Shown here one piece after another: positions 7,837-16,083 of a DNA stretch of 32,000 bases (positions within the stretch are counted from its first letter, which is position 1; each line of letters opens with the position of its first letter). This DNA is from Longivirga aurantiaca (GTDB lineage: Bacteria > Actinomycetota > Actinomycetes > S36-B12 > CAIYMF01). A model generated the notes under the pieces. The model did no database searches, had not been told where the DNA came from, and saw only the letters and a list, made by a program, of their open reading frames with translations. The translations under genes and the position numbers were made by a program. The stretch lies in the NCBI RefSeq assembly GCF_042660085.1, contig NZ_JBHSTI010000008.1, positions 1,239,876 to 1,271,875 of the forward strand, read 5' to 3'.

Positions 7837-9111
7837 ATGACGGTGGGACGGCTCTCGGCGTTCGACGCGGGTCTCCTCGCCCTCGAGACCGACGAGGCCC
7901 CGCTCCACATCGGTGCGCTCCTGATCCTGGACGGGCCCGCGCCCGATGCCGACCTGGTGCGCGCCGAGCTCGCGCATCGTGCCGCTGCGCTCAGGGAGTG
8001 CCGCCAACGGGTCCACCGGCGCCCGGGCGATCTGCGTCGGCCCGTCTGGCGCGATGCCCCCGACGTAGTGCCCGAGGCGCAGCTGCATGCCGCCTCGCTC
8101 GAGCCTCCCGGCGACCGCGCCGCCCTGTGCAGGCTCGTGGCCCAGCTCATGCGCGTGCGGCTCGACACGTCCGGGCCGCTCTGGCAGGTATGGCGGATCG
8201 ACGGGCTCGAGGACGGCAGCTGGGCCCTGCTGGTCACGGCGCACCACACCCTGATCGACGGGGTGTCGGGTGCCGGTCTCCTGACCGCCCTGCTGTCCTC
8301 GACGGACGGGAACGTACGCCGCGTCGGGTCGCGGGTGGCGCCACCCGCGGAGCCGGGTCTGCGCGAGCGGGTCCGTCGGATCCGCCAGGGCGTCCGCACC
8401 GTCGCCGTCCCGGACCTTCCGCCGAGCTTGCTCAACGGAGCGCTCGGGCGGCACCGGACCTGGGGCTGGTTCACCGCGGACCTGGCCGACCTGCGGCGGG
8501 TCGCGGAGCGCTCCGACTGCACCATCAACGACGTCTACCTCGCGGCCCTGTCCGGCGGCCTGCGCACCGTGCTCGGCAACCGCGCGGCGCTCGGCACGGA
8601 GACCCGCGTGCGGGTCCTGGTGCCCGTGTCGACGCGTCGAGGCCCGTCCGACATCCGCCCGGGCACCATGAACGCGGCGTTCTTCGTCGAGCTCCCGGTG
8701 CATCGTCGGTCGGCGCAGGAGATGCTCCTCGACGTCGCCGATCAGACCTCGCGTGCCAAGACCGACGGAGTGGCGCTCGCCACCGAGCAGCTGCTGCGCG
8801 TCGGCGACCTGGTGCCGGCGCCGCTGCTGGACCGCGCGGCGAGGGCCTACGCGCGTCGCGGTCAGGCGCGGGTCAACCTCGTGGCGTCCGACGTGCGCGG
8901 CCCGCGGACGCCGCTCTCGCTCTGCGGACGGCAGGTCCGGGAGGTCGTGCCCTGCGTTCCCCTGGCGCTGGACGTGCGAGCGACCAGCGCCCTGATGTCC
9001 TACGCGGGACGCGCGTCGCTGTCGGTGACCGTGGACTCGGCCGTCGTGCCTGACGCCGGGCTGCTGGTGACTGCGGTCGCGGCGTCCTTGGGCGAGCTCG
9101 TCCAGGGATGA
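7837..9111 (+). CDS. Wax ester synthase/diacylglycerol acyltransferase (WS/DGAT) family protein (424 aa)
   Basis: The catalytic HHxxxDG motif is present (AHHTLIDGVSG). The N-terminus (LSAFDAGLLALETDEAPLHIGAL) is typical of the family. I prefer the internal ATG at 7837 over the track start at 7798. Confidence 0.85.
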   Translation: MTVGRLSAFDAGLLALETDEAPLHIGALLILDGPAPDADLVRAELAHRAAALRECRQRVHRRPGDLRRPVWRDAPDVVPEAQLHAASLEPPGDRAALCRLVAQLMRVRLDTSGPLWQVWRIDGLEDGSWALLVTAHHTLIDGVSGAGLLTALLSSTDGNVRRVGSRVAPPAEPGLRERVRRIRQGVRTVAVPDLPPSLLNGALGRHRTWGWFTADLADLRRVAERSDCTINDVYLAALSGGLRTVLGNRAALGTETRVRVLVPVSTRRGPSDIRPGTMNAAFFVELPVHRRSAQEMLLDVADQTSRAKTDGVALATEQLLRVGDLVPAPLLDRAARAYARRGQARVNLVASDVRGPRTPLSLCGRQVREVVPCVPLALDVRATSALMSYAGRASLSVTVDSAVVPDAGLLVTAVAASLGELVQG

Positions 9112-9429
9112 CCGCGGGACGCGACCAGGAGAGCGGGTCGGGCGTGCTGCCGGTGACGTCGAGACCCCGCGCTCACCCGATCCGCGCCCGCGTGCGGTCG
9201 CGCGTGTGATGCGACCGATCTCCGCCCGGCGTCGACGCGCCGCCCGACCACGGCCATTCGTCGCGTGGCGGAGTCGTCCGGTCGGATCGTTCGCAGGTCC
9301 GGACCGACCGGCGGCCGAGAGCTCGCGGGGCTGGGCCGAGACCTGGTCGGGCGCTGCCAGCGGGACGCGGGTAGCGTCGAGAACGACATCCCGGCACCGC
9401 ATCCCAGATCGACTCGCGAGGAGAGCTCC

Positions 9430-10215
9430 GTGACCCGTCCGGTCCGCATCGGCGTGCAGATCCAGCCGCAGCACGCCGAGTACGCCGAGATCCGTCGCGC
9501 CGTCGCCGCTGCGGAGGAGGCCGGTGTCGACGTCGTGTTCAACTGGGACCACTTCTTCCCGCTGTACGGCGAGCGCGACGGCGAGCACTTCGAGTGCTGG
9601 ACGATGCTGGGCGCCTGGGCCGAGGCGACGTCGCGGGTCGAGATCGGCGCGCTGGTCACCTGCAACTCGTACCGCAACCCCGAGCTGCTCGCCGACATGG
9701 CGCGCACCGTCGACCACATCAGCGGCGGCCGCCTCATCCTCGGCATCGGTGCGGGCTGGTTCGAGCGCGACTACGACGAGTACGGCTACGACTTCGGCAC
9801 CGCGGGAAGCCGCCTCGCCGACCTCGAGCAGGCGCTGCCGCGGATCGAGAAGCGGTGGTCGGCGCTGAACCCCGCGCCGCTGCGCGACATCCCCGTGCTC
9901 ATCGGTGGCGGCGGCGAGAAGAAGACGTTGCGCTACACCGCCCGGCACGCCGACATCTGGCACGGCTTCGGCGACCTGGGCACGGTCGTCCGCAAGTCCG
10001 CCATCCTCGACGAGTGGTGCCGCACGGAGGGTCGCGACCCGTCCGAGGTCGAGCGCTCGGTGGGCGTCGAGGGTGACCCGGGCACGAAGGGCCAGCCGCT
10101 GCTCGACGCCGGCGTCACCCTCTTCACGATCGGCCTGGGTGGGCCGTCGTACGACCTGGCCCGGCTGACCGACTGGCTGGCCTGGCGTGACGAGGTGAAC
10201 GCCGCCCGAGGCTAG
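9430..10215 (+). CDS. LLM-class (luciferase-like) F420-dependent oxidoreductase (261 aa)
   Basis: IGVQIQPQHAEY...NWDHFFPLYGE...CWTMLGAWAE...NSYRNPELLADMARTVDHISGGRLILGIGAGW is characteristic of this family. The GTG start at 9430 is preceded by GAGGAG. The upstream part of track ORF 9265.. is Arg-rich filler. Confidence 0.85.
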   Translation: MTRPVRIGVQIQPQHAEYAEIRRAVAAAEEAGVDVVFNWDHFFPLYGERDGEHFECWTMLGAWAEATSRVEIGALVTCNSYRNPELLADMARTVDHISGGRLILGIGAGWFERDYDEYGYDFGTAGSRLADLEQALPRIEKRWSALNPAPLRDIPVLIGGGGEKKTLRYTARHADIWHGFGDLGTVVRKSAILDEWCRTEGRDPSEVERSVGVEGDPGTKGQPLLDAGVTLFTIGLGGPSYDLARLTDWLAWRDEVNAARG

Positions 10216-10342
10216 CCCCGCCGACACCAGCGCCTTGGCCCGTGTCGGGGTGCATGTCGTGCGTGCCGCCGTGAGCGACACCCCGACGGTGCGGGGCGGT
10301 GCGGCACGCCAGGTCCACAGCGCGACGGCGCAGCGGCTGCGC

Positions 10343-10960
10343 CTAGCGGGGAGCGGTGTGCAGGGTCCAGCCCGCGCCGTCCCAGTAGCGCAGCTGCTGG
10401 GAGTCGGCGGGGTCGACGTACCACAGCGGGGGAGCGGCCGGGGGTGCTGCCCGGTCGAGGTCGTCCCGTGTGGGTCCGGTGCGGCCGGACGAGGGCAATC
10501 CCGGCGCGCCGAGGAGGTCGCGACGGAAGCGGGCGTCGATCCCGGCGAAGACCGAGGTGGCCTCGACGAACACGACGACCCGCAGCGTCCGGCCGTCCAG
10601 CAGCGGAGCCCAGCGCTCGACATCGCGGTCGGAGAGCCGCCCGACGTCCAGGCGGCTCTCGGTGGCGTCGGTGTCATCGGCCGTGAGGATGCCGACCCGC
10701 CACCGCCCGTCGACGGGTGAGAGGACGCCCCACCGTGCGCCGTGCAGGAACCCACCCGACTCGGTCAGGCCGAGATGCCGGGCCAGTGCGGCCGGCGACC
10801 GCGCGAGGTCCACCAACGTGAGGGAGACGACGTCGAGCGAGGCGACGGGGAGATCGAGCTCGCCGCCGGTCGCGTCGAGGACAGCGCCGTCGGCAGACGT
10901 GAAGTCCACACGGACGGCGTCGTCGACAGCGACGACGGAGAGAGCATCGAACTCGGGCAT
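10343..10960 (-). CDS. Hypothetical protein with an unknown N-domain and a C-terminal DUF2510-like motif (205 aa). Paralog of 11149..12162.
   Basis: This is the C-terminal 205 codons of track ORF 10343..12001, starting MPEFDAL. It ends with WYVDPADSQQLRYWDGAGWT (the W-Y-x-D-P...R-[YW]-W-D-G-x-x-W pattern). There is no clear SD, so the start is moderately uncertain. Confidence 0.7.
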   Translation of the reverse strand: MPEFDALSVVAVDDAVRVDFTSADGAVLDATGGELDLPVASLDVVSLTLVDLARSPAALARHLGLTESGGFLHGARWGVLSPVDGRWRVGILTADDTDATESRLDVGRLSDRDVERWAPLLDGRTLRVVVFVEATSVFAGIDARFRRDLLGAPGLPSSGRTGPTRDDLDRAAPPAAPPLWYVDPADSQQLRYWDGAGWTLHTAPR

Positions 10961-11148
10961 GGGTGGAGTGTAGGCAGGGCGCCGTGAGCGAACCGAGAGG
11001 TAGCGGTGAACTCGCACCGATCGGGTGGCGGTCACCCCACTGTTCGGCTCAGGCTGCCCACGGACAGCGACACCAGCTTCACAGAGCGCAGTCTGCACAA
11101 CGCTGCGCGCGACTCCTCGGCGAGGTCTCCGGTGCCAGATCGGTGCGC

Positions 11149-12162
11149 TCACACCTCGTCGTGCCGGGCGGCCGGACGGGGTGCCGCATCGATGGACCAC
11201 CGCGTGCCATCCCACCAGCGGAGCTCGTCCGCGTCGAACGGGTCGACGTACCAGCCGGCTGAAACCCCGGGAGGCGCGAGGAGCGCCGGATCGGTCGCGA
11301 CCGGCGAAAGCTCGGGTTCGACCACCGAGGCCGGCGCCTCCTCCATCGCTCGCGCAGCCCAGGTCGCGGCGGCGACCTCGTCCGCGGCGGCCCACGCGGG
11401 CTCGGGCTCCGGCTCCGGCTCGGCCTCGACCACAGCCACGATCTCGGGCTCGGGCTCGGGCTCGGAGGTCCACGCGGGCTCGGAGGTCCACGCGGGCTCG
11501 GGCTCGACCACAGCCACGATCTCGGGCTCGGCGGTCCACACGGGCTCGGGCTCGGCCACCGCCACGATCTCGGGCTCGGTGCTCCACGCGGGCTCGGGCT
11601 CGGCGGCGGAGTCGGCCACCGCAGCGGCGGTGGCAGCGGCGGCCGTCGCGGCCGCCCAGGTCGGGGTGTCGCTCTCGGACGGGTCCGCGACCGGTGCGGT
11701 CGGGGCGGGGGGCTCTGCGGGGTGGGGCAGCGCGATCGTGGGCGGATCCGCGGGCACCGACCGGTAGCGCACCTCGAGCGCGAAGCTGCCGGGCGTCGCC
11801 TCGACCAGCACGGACACGCGCGCGGCGCGGCCGGCCCACAGCTGGAGGAACCTGCGGGCGTCGCCGTCGACGATCCGACCGACCCGCACCCCGGGTCCTT
11901 CGAGATCGGCCGGGGTCCGACCCATGACGACCACGGCCGCGCCGTCGCCCTCCGGCACGAGGAGCCCCCAGCAGAAGCCGTGGCGAAAGCTGCCGCGCCA
12001 CGGGATGTCGAGGGCGTCGGCCAGGACATCGACCGTCTCGACCAGGTCGATAACAGGGGCATGCACAGCGCGGGGGTCGCGGACGTCGAGCGTGAGCGCG
12101 CCGCCAGTGGCATCCGGCGCCGCCGCGAACACGGGTCCGTAGCCTCGGTCACCGTCGCTCAC
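11149..12162 (-). CDS. Hypothetical protein with the same unknown N-domain, an acidic Pro/Glu repeat linker, and a C-terminal DUF2510-like motif (337 aa)
   Basis: The GTG start at 12162 has GAGGGGGTGA upstream. It shares DATGG, WG(L/V)L.P.DG and V(F/L)VEAT(S/P) blocks with the neighbouring gene. The C-terminus is GWYVDPFDADELRWWDGTRWS. Confidence 0.78.
   Translation of the reverse strand: MSDGDRGYGPVFAAAPDATGGALTLDVRDPRAVHAPVIDLVETVDVLADALDIPWRGSFRHGFCWGLLVPEGDGAAVVVMGRTPADLEGPGVRVGRIVDGDARRFLQLWAGRAARVSVLVEATPGSFALEVRYRSVPADPPTIALPHPAEPPAPTAPVADPSESDTPTWAAATAAAATAAAVADSAAEPEPAWSTEPEIVAVAEPEPVWTAEPEIVAVVEPEPAWTSEPAWTSEPEPEPEIVAVVEAEPEPEPEPAWAAADEVAAATWAARAMEEAPASVVEPELSPVATDPALLAPPGVSAGWYVDPFDADELRWWDGTRWSIDAAPRPAARHDEV
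11392..11604 (-). repeat. In-frame imperfect tandem repeat inside the CDS. It encodes (A)EPEPAW(S/T)..EPEIVAV units of about 48 nt, plus an 18-nt AWTSEP duplication and EPEP runs.
   Basis: GACCACAGCCACGATCTCGGGCTCGG-like cores recur three times at spacings of 78 and 48 nt. CTCGGAGGTCCACGCGGG is duplicated back to back. All periods are multiples of 3. Confidence 0.85.
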
Positions 12163-12390
12163 CAGCGCTCACCCCCTCTCGTCCCGTGGCGCAGCCTAGT
12201 GCGAGCCCGTGCGCGGCGGCGGCGCACTCTGCAGGCTCGAGGCCCGGCGGAGTGATCCCGTGCCGGGCCACCGGGGCGCGGTCCCGGTTCCTCCGCGACC
12301 AGCTCGGGACTCCGCTGGCGGGCCGTGAGCAGGTGCGCGATGGGCCGCCGCGCATCGTGCGTCGGACGACCACTCACACCAGTCGACAGT

Positions 12391-12438
12391 GCGTCGAGCC
12401 CGTCGCGCAGACAGAGGTCTCCGCGACGGGCTCGACGC
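12391..12438 (-). terminator. Stem-loop (17-bp perfect stem, 14-nt loop) 18 nt downstream of the stop of the 12456..12965 gene
   Basis: GCGTCGAGCCCGTCGCG cagacagaggtctc CGCGACGGGCTCGACGC. There is no U-tract, as is common in high-GC actinobacteria. Confidence 0.6.
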
Positions 12439-12455
12439 CTGATGGTGTTGGAGCG

Positions 12456-12965
12456 TCAGGGCATGGACAGCGTTCCGGCGTAGGTGCCCGAGGGGCCGTT
12501 GGGGCCGGCGACGGTCCCGGTCCCCAGCACCATGCCGGTCAGACCCGCGAGGCCGCCGGTCGCCGACACGACCACGTTCTTGGAGTGCACGATGCCGTCC
12601 CTGCCGGTGTGCCCCTGCTCGAGGAGCGTCATGGTCCCCGCGACCCCGTTCACGGTGCCCACGAAGACGTCGGTGTACTGGTAGCTGGCCGTTCCGAGGA
12701 ACGGGTCGCCGTCGCCGATGGGTCGCAGCACGAGTCGGCCCGTGAGGGTCGAGGTGCCCTCGAACGTTCCGGTCCAGACGACGGTCGCCGTGAGCCCGTC
12801 GAGGATGAGGTGGTCGCTGGCGGTGCGAGGCACCGGGATGCTCGCGTCGACGAACTGGTACGTGCCGGAGACGGTCGTGCGGGTCGATGCCTGTGCCGGC
12901 GACATGGGGGCGACGGCGAGGGCGACGAGCCCGGTCAGGGCGAGGGCGGAGAGGGTGCGCTTCAT
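12456..12965 (-). CDS. Secreted hypothetical protein (169 aa), possibly a DUF3224-like beta-barrel
   Basis: The signal peptide is MKRTLSALALTGLVALAVAPMSPAQA. The mature part has the alternating G/T-rich beta pattern (TGTFEGTST...GTVNGVAGTMTLLEQGH...ATGGLAGLTG...GTYAGTL) that resembles DUF3224. This is an unverified family call. Confidence 0.7.
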   Translation of the reverse strand: MKRTLSALALTGLVALAVAPMSPAQASTRTTVSGTYQFVDASIPVPRTASDHLILDGLTATVVWTGTFEGTSTLTGRLVLRPIGDGDPFLGTASYQYTDVFVGTVNGVAGTMTLLEQGHTGRDGIVHSKNVVVSATGGLAGLTGMVLGTGTVAGPNGPSGTYAGTLSMP

Positions 12966-13264
12966 GGGTCTGCCTTTGCTCGGGAGGGTGATGGGACCTG
13001 CTGCGCCAACAGTCCGCGAGAGCCGTCCATCGAGGTAGACAAGGAAACCCTTCATCAGACTCGACGTGGCCGCCCGTGAGCGACGGCAGTCCGAGACCCC
13101 AGATCGAGGGTTCTCCCGGTTACGACGGGGCGACGTCGCGAGCACCGTGGGGGCATCGGTCGGGAGGAGGCGACGATGACCACGTCGACACGCAGAGCGC
13201 GGAGCCCGACGCCGCAACGGCGTACCGCGACGGCAGGGTTCGTCGGGTGAGACACACTGGCGAT

Positions 13265-16036
13265 ATGACCGACCTGGTGAGCCGCGCCGCCGAGCTCGCC
13301 GCACTGGTGGGCGCGGTCGGCCGTGGGGGTCCGGAGGCGGTCAACGTCGTGGGCTCACCAGGGATGGGCAAGACGACCCTCGTCAACGCTCTGCTCGCGG
13401 CGGTCGACGGACCTCTCGTGCTTCGGGCGCGTCCGCTCGAGAGCGAGTCGTCCCTGGCGTTCAGCGGGCTCACGGCGATCCTCGCCGGCCTGCCGGAGAG
13501 CACGTTCGCGGAGCTCCCCGCGCCGCAGGCCTCGAGCCTGCGCGCTGCGCTGCTCCTCGAGGATGTGACGGGCGACGTCGACCCGCGAGCGGTCGCGGCC
13601 GGGCTGCGCGGGGTGCTGGTCAACCTCGCGGCACGACGGCCCGTGCTCCTCGTCGTCGACGACGCCCAGTGGCTGGACCCGTCCAGCGCCCACGCTCTCA
13701 GCCAGGCGCTCCACCGCATCGGCACGGCCAGGCTCGTGCTCGTGTGCGCCAGTCGACCGGGCGGCGACGCGATGGCCTGGTTGCCGGCGTCCGGGTTCGA
13801 CCCCGTCGCGGAGGTACGGCTCGGCCCGCTGTCCGCCGACGACCTCATGCGGGTCGTCCAGAGCAACCTGGGGACCATCGTGGAGCTCGGCGACCTGCGA
13901 GGCATCGAGCGAGCCTCCGGCGGTAACCCGCTGCACGCACTGGAGCTCGCCCGTCACAGGCTCGACAGCGGCACCGGGGGCACGGTCGAGGAGCTCGTTC
14001 GCGAGAGGCTCACGGTGCTTCCCCGCGAGACACGCATCGCCCTGCTCACGTCGGCGCTGGCGAGCCACCCACACCTCGAGGTGGTGGCGCGCGCCCGCGG
14101 CTGCTCGCAGCTCGAGCTCGTGGCGGTGCTCGACCCGGCCGTGCGCGCCGGCCTCGTGAGGGTGACCGACCTCGTCCTGTTCGCCCACCCGCTGTACGCC
14201 GAGGCTGCGATCTCTGCTGGATCAGCCCCCGACAGGTCGGAGGCGCATCGTCGCCTCGCTGACGCCGAGCCGAGCGAGGAGGCACGCGTCCGGCACGCCG
14301 GCCTCGGGGTGGACGGGCCCGACGCGCGGCTGGCGGCCAGCCTGGCGACGACAGCCGCGCGTACCCGGGCACGCGGCGCCTGGGACGCCGCCGTCGAGCT
14401 GCTCACCCTCGCGGTGACCCGCACGCCCGTCGAGTCGCCCGATCGCGGCGACCGTGCGCTGCTCCTGGGGCGCTGGGCGTTCCAGAGCGGGCAGCCGTCG
14501 CTGGCTGAAGGCTGGTTCGTCGACGTGCGCGAGCACCACCCGGGGTCTTCGTCCTACTGGTCCGCCACGATGGGTCTCGCCCGGCTGTGCCTGCACGCCG
14601 CCCGCACAGCGGAGATGCACGCCCTCAACCGTGAGCTCCTGGCCGCCGACCTCGACCCTCTGCTCGCCGCCGAGGCGATGGTGCGCACGGTCAACGACGA
14701 GTTCGCCGACCGGCCGTCCGAGCGGATCGAGCGCATCGCCGCTGCCAACCGCGTGCTCTCTGCTGCGGGCGCGGGCGTCGACCCGGCGCTCCTCGTCGCG
14801 GGGCTCAGCCTCGAGATCCAGGCACGGATGACAGCCGGGCAGGCGACGGACGAGCTGATGGCGCGTGCGGTGGCGCTCGACGCGCAGCATCCGGCCGACG
14901 TCGCGCTCGACGCGCCGAGCCTCGAGCTGGCGCACCTCCTCATGATGGCCGACCGCTTCGACGAGGGCCGTGCGGTGTGCCTGTCGATGCTGACCCGCTG
15001 CCGCGCCATGGGTGATGACGTATCGCTCCCGACCGTCTACTCCCACCTGGCGCACCTCGAGCAGCGCGCCGGGCAGTGGGACGCCGCGCGCGCCGCGATC
15101 GTCGAGGGCGAACGCTGGGCCCGGGGGCACGGTCCGATCGTGACGTGGCAGCTGCGCGCGCAGTCAGCGCTCCTTGATGGGCTGCAGGGCAGCCACGACG
15201 AGGCGCTCTCGACCCTGCGGCAGGCATCCGAGCTGTTCGCCGGTCCGGAGTACTACCAGTTCGGAGCGATCATCAGCCACCTGCGCGGTCGGGTGCATGC
15301 GGCGTACAGCGAGCAGGAGCAGGCGTACGCCGCCTTCGCGACCGCGATCGAGCTGGCGGCGCAGGTCGGCTGGGACGACCCGGCGAACCTCGAGTCCGAT
15401 GTCCCGTTCGCGGAGGCGGCCTCCGCACTCGGTCGGTTCGCGGAGGCCGAGCGACATCTCGATCGCACCGAGCAGCGCGCCCGCCAGCTGGGGCAGACCA
15501 ACCAGCTGGCGGTGTGCCGCCGGGGGCGGATCGGGCTCCTGGCTGCGCGAGGAGACCTCGACGAGGCAGCCCTCCTCGTGCCCGAGATGCTCGCGGCCTA
15601 CGACTCCGAGCCGGGGCAGCCGCTCGACCGAGCCCTCGCGCTTCTCGTGGCGGGCCGTCTGCTCCGCCGCACGCGGCAGAAGAGGCAGGCTCACGACTGC
15701 TTGACCGCTGGGCTCGACATCTTCGGGGAGCTCGGCTGCCCGGCGTACGTCGAGGTCGCCCGTTCCGAGCTGAACCGGGTCGGCCTGCGTCCCAGCCGAC
15801 CTGAGGCCCTCACCCCCACCGAGCTCGAGGTGGCGCGGCTCGCGGCAGACGGCCTGCGCAACGTCGAGATCGCCACGACGGCCCACCTGAGCGTGAAGAC
15901 CGTCGAGGCCGTCCTGTCCCGCGTCTATCGCAAGCTCGGCATCCGGTCGCGTGCTCAGCTCTCGCGGGCCCTTGCCTCGCTGCCGGAGCGGGCTGCGGCC
16001 TCGTCGCCGTCAGGACCGGCCGCACCGCCGACGTGA
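13265..16036 (+). CDS. LAL/MalT-like large ATP-binding LuxR-family transcriptional regulator (923 aa)
   Basis: The Walker A motif GSPGMGKTTLV lies near the N-terminus, followed by a DD Walker B (LLVVDDAQWLD). A long helical/TPR-like middle leads to a C-terminal LuxR HTH (LTPTELEVARLAADGLRNVEIATTAHLSVKTVEAVLSRVYRKLG). I prefer the ATG at 13265 over the track start at 13076. Confidence 0.9.
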   Translation: MTDLVSRAAELAALVGAVGRGGPEAVNVVGSPGMGKTTLVNALLAAVDGPLVLRARPLESESSLAFSGLTAILAGLPESTFAELPAPQASSLRAALLLEDVTGDVDPRAVAAGLRGVLVNLAARRPVLLVVDDAQWLDPSSAHALSQALHRIGTARLVLVCASRPGGDAMAWLPASGFDPVAEVRLGPLSADDLMRVVQSNLGTIVELGDLRGIERASGGNPLHALELARHRLDSGTGGTVEELVRERLTVLPRETRIALLTSALASHPHLEVVARARGCSQLELVAVLDPAVRAGLVRVTDLVLFAHPLYAEAAISAGSAPDRSEAHRRLADAEPSEEARVRHAGLGVDGPDARLAASLATTAARTRARGAWDAAVELLTLAVTRTPVESPDRGDRALLLGRWAFQSGQPSLAEGWFVDVREHHPGSSSYWSATMGLARLCLHAARTAEMHALNRELLAADLDPLLAAEAMVRTVNDEFADRPSERIERIAAANRVLSAAGAGVDPALLVAGLSLEIQARMTAGQATDELMARAVALDAQHPADVALDAPSLELAHLLMMADRFDEGRAVCLSMLTRCRAMGDDVSLPTVYSHLAHLEQRAGQWDAARAAIVEGERWARGHGPIVTWQLRAQSALLDGLQGSHDEALSTLRQASELFAGPEYYQFGAIISHLRGRVHAAYSEQEQAYAAFATAIELAAQVGWDDPANLESDVPFAEAASALGRFAEAERHLDRTEQRARQLGQTNQLAVCRRGRIGLLAARGDLDEAALLVPEMLAAYDSEPGQPLDRALALLVAGRLLRRTRQKRQAHDCLTAGLDIFGELGCPAYVEVARSELNRVGLRPSRPEALTPTELEVARLAADGLRNVEIATTAHLSVKTVEAVLSRVYRKLGIRSRAQLSRALASLPERAAASSPSGPAAPPT

Positions 16037-16068
16037 GGCAGCCCCCTGCGTCGCAGGGGGCTGCCTCA
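16034..16068. terminator. Perfect 16-bp hairpin with a 3-nt loop between convergent genes. Its left arm begins with the LuxR-regulator stop codon.
   Basis: TGAGGCAGCCCCCTGC gtc GCAGGGGGCTGCCTCA. It lies between the + gene ending at 16036 and the - gene ending at 16084. Confidence 0.65.
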
Positions 16069-16083
16069 CATCGAGGTCGTGCG

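Noticed and set aside
9112-9429. The 318-nt intergenic region upstream of the F420-type oxidoreductase as a riboswitch or sRNA
   Set aside because: I saw only short local dyads (CGGTCGC-N9-GCGACCG, CCGGTCGG..CCGACCGG, GGTCCGGACC) and no recognisable riboswitch core. A covariance-model scan (Rfam/Infernal) would be needed, so I make no call.
10216-10342. Terminator hairpins between the convergent LLM oxidoreductase and DUF2510-like genes
   Set aside because: The candidate stems (CCCCG..GACAC / GTGTCGGGG with a 3-nt bulge, and GCGCAG-cgg-CTGCGC) are short or imperfect. Confidence is too low to list them as features.
7804-10755. A 983-aa ORF on the minus strand, and similar giants such as 7089..9053(+), 17406..19925(+), 19976..22396(+) and 17335..19419(-)
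   Set aside because: They lie antisense to, or out of frame with, genes that have clear family motifs. Their products are Arg/Pro/Gly/Ala-rich low-complexity strings, and long spurious ORFs are expected at this GC content.
11392-11604. Possible CRISPR array or non-coding satellite
   Set aside because: The repeats are imperfect, have no unique spacers of regular length, sit in frame inside a well-supported CDS, and all periods are multiples of 3. No cas genes are present.
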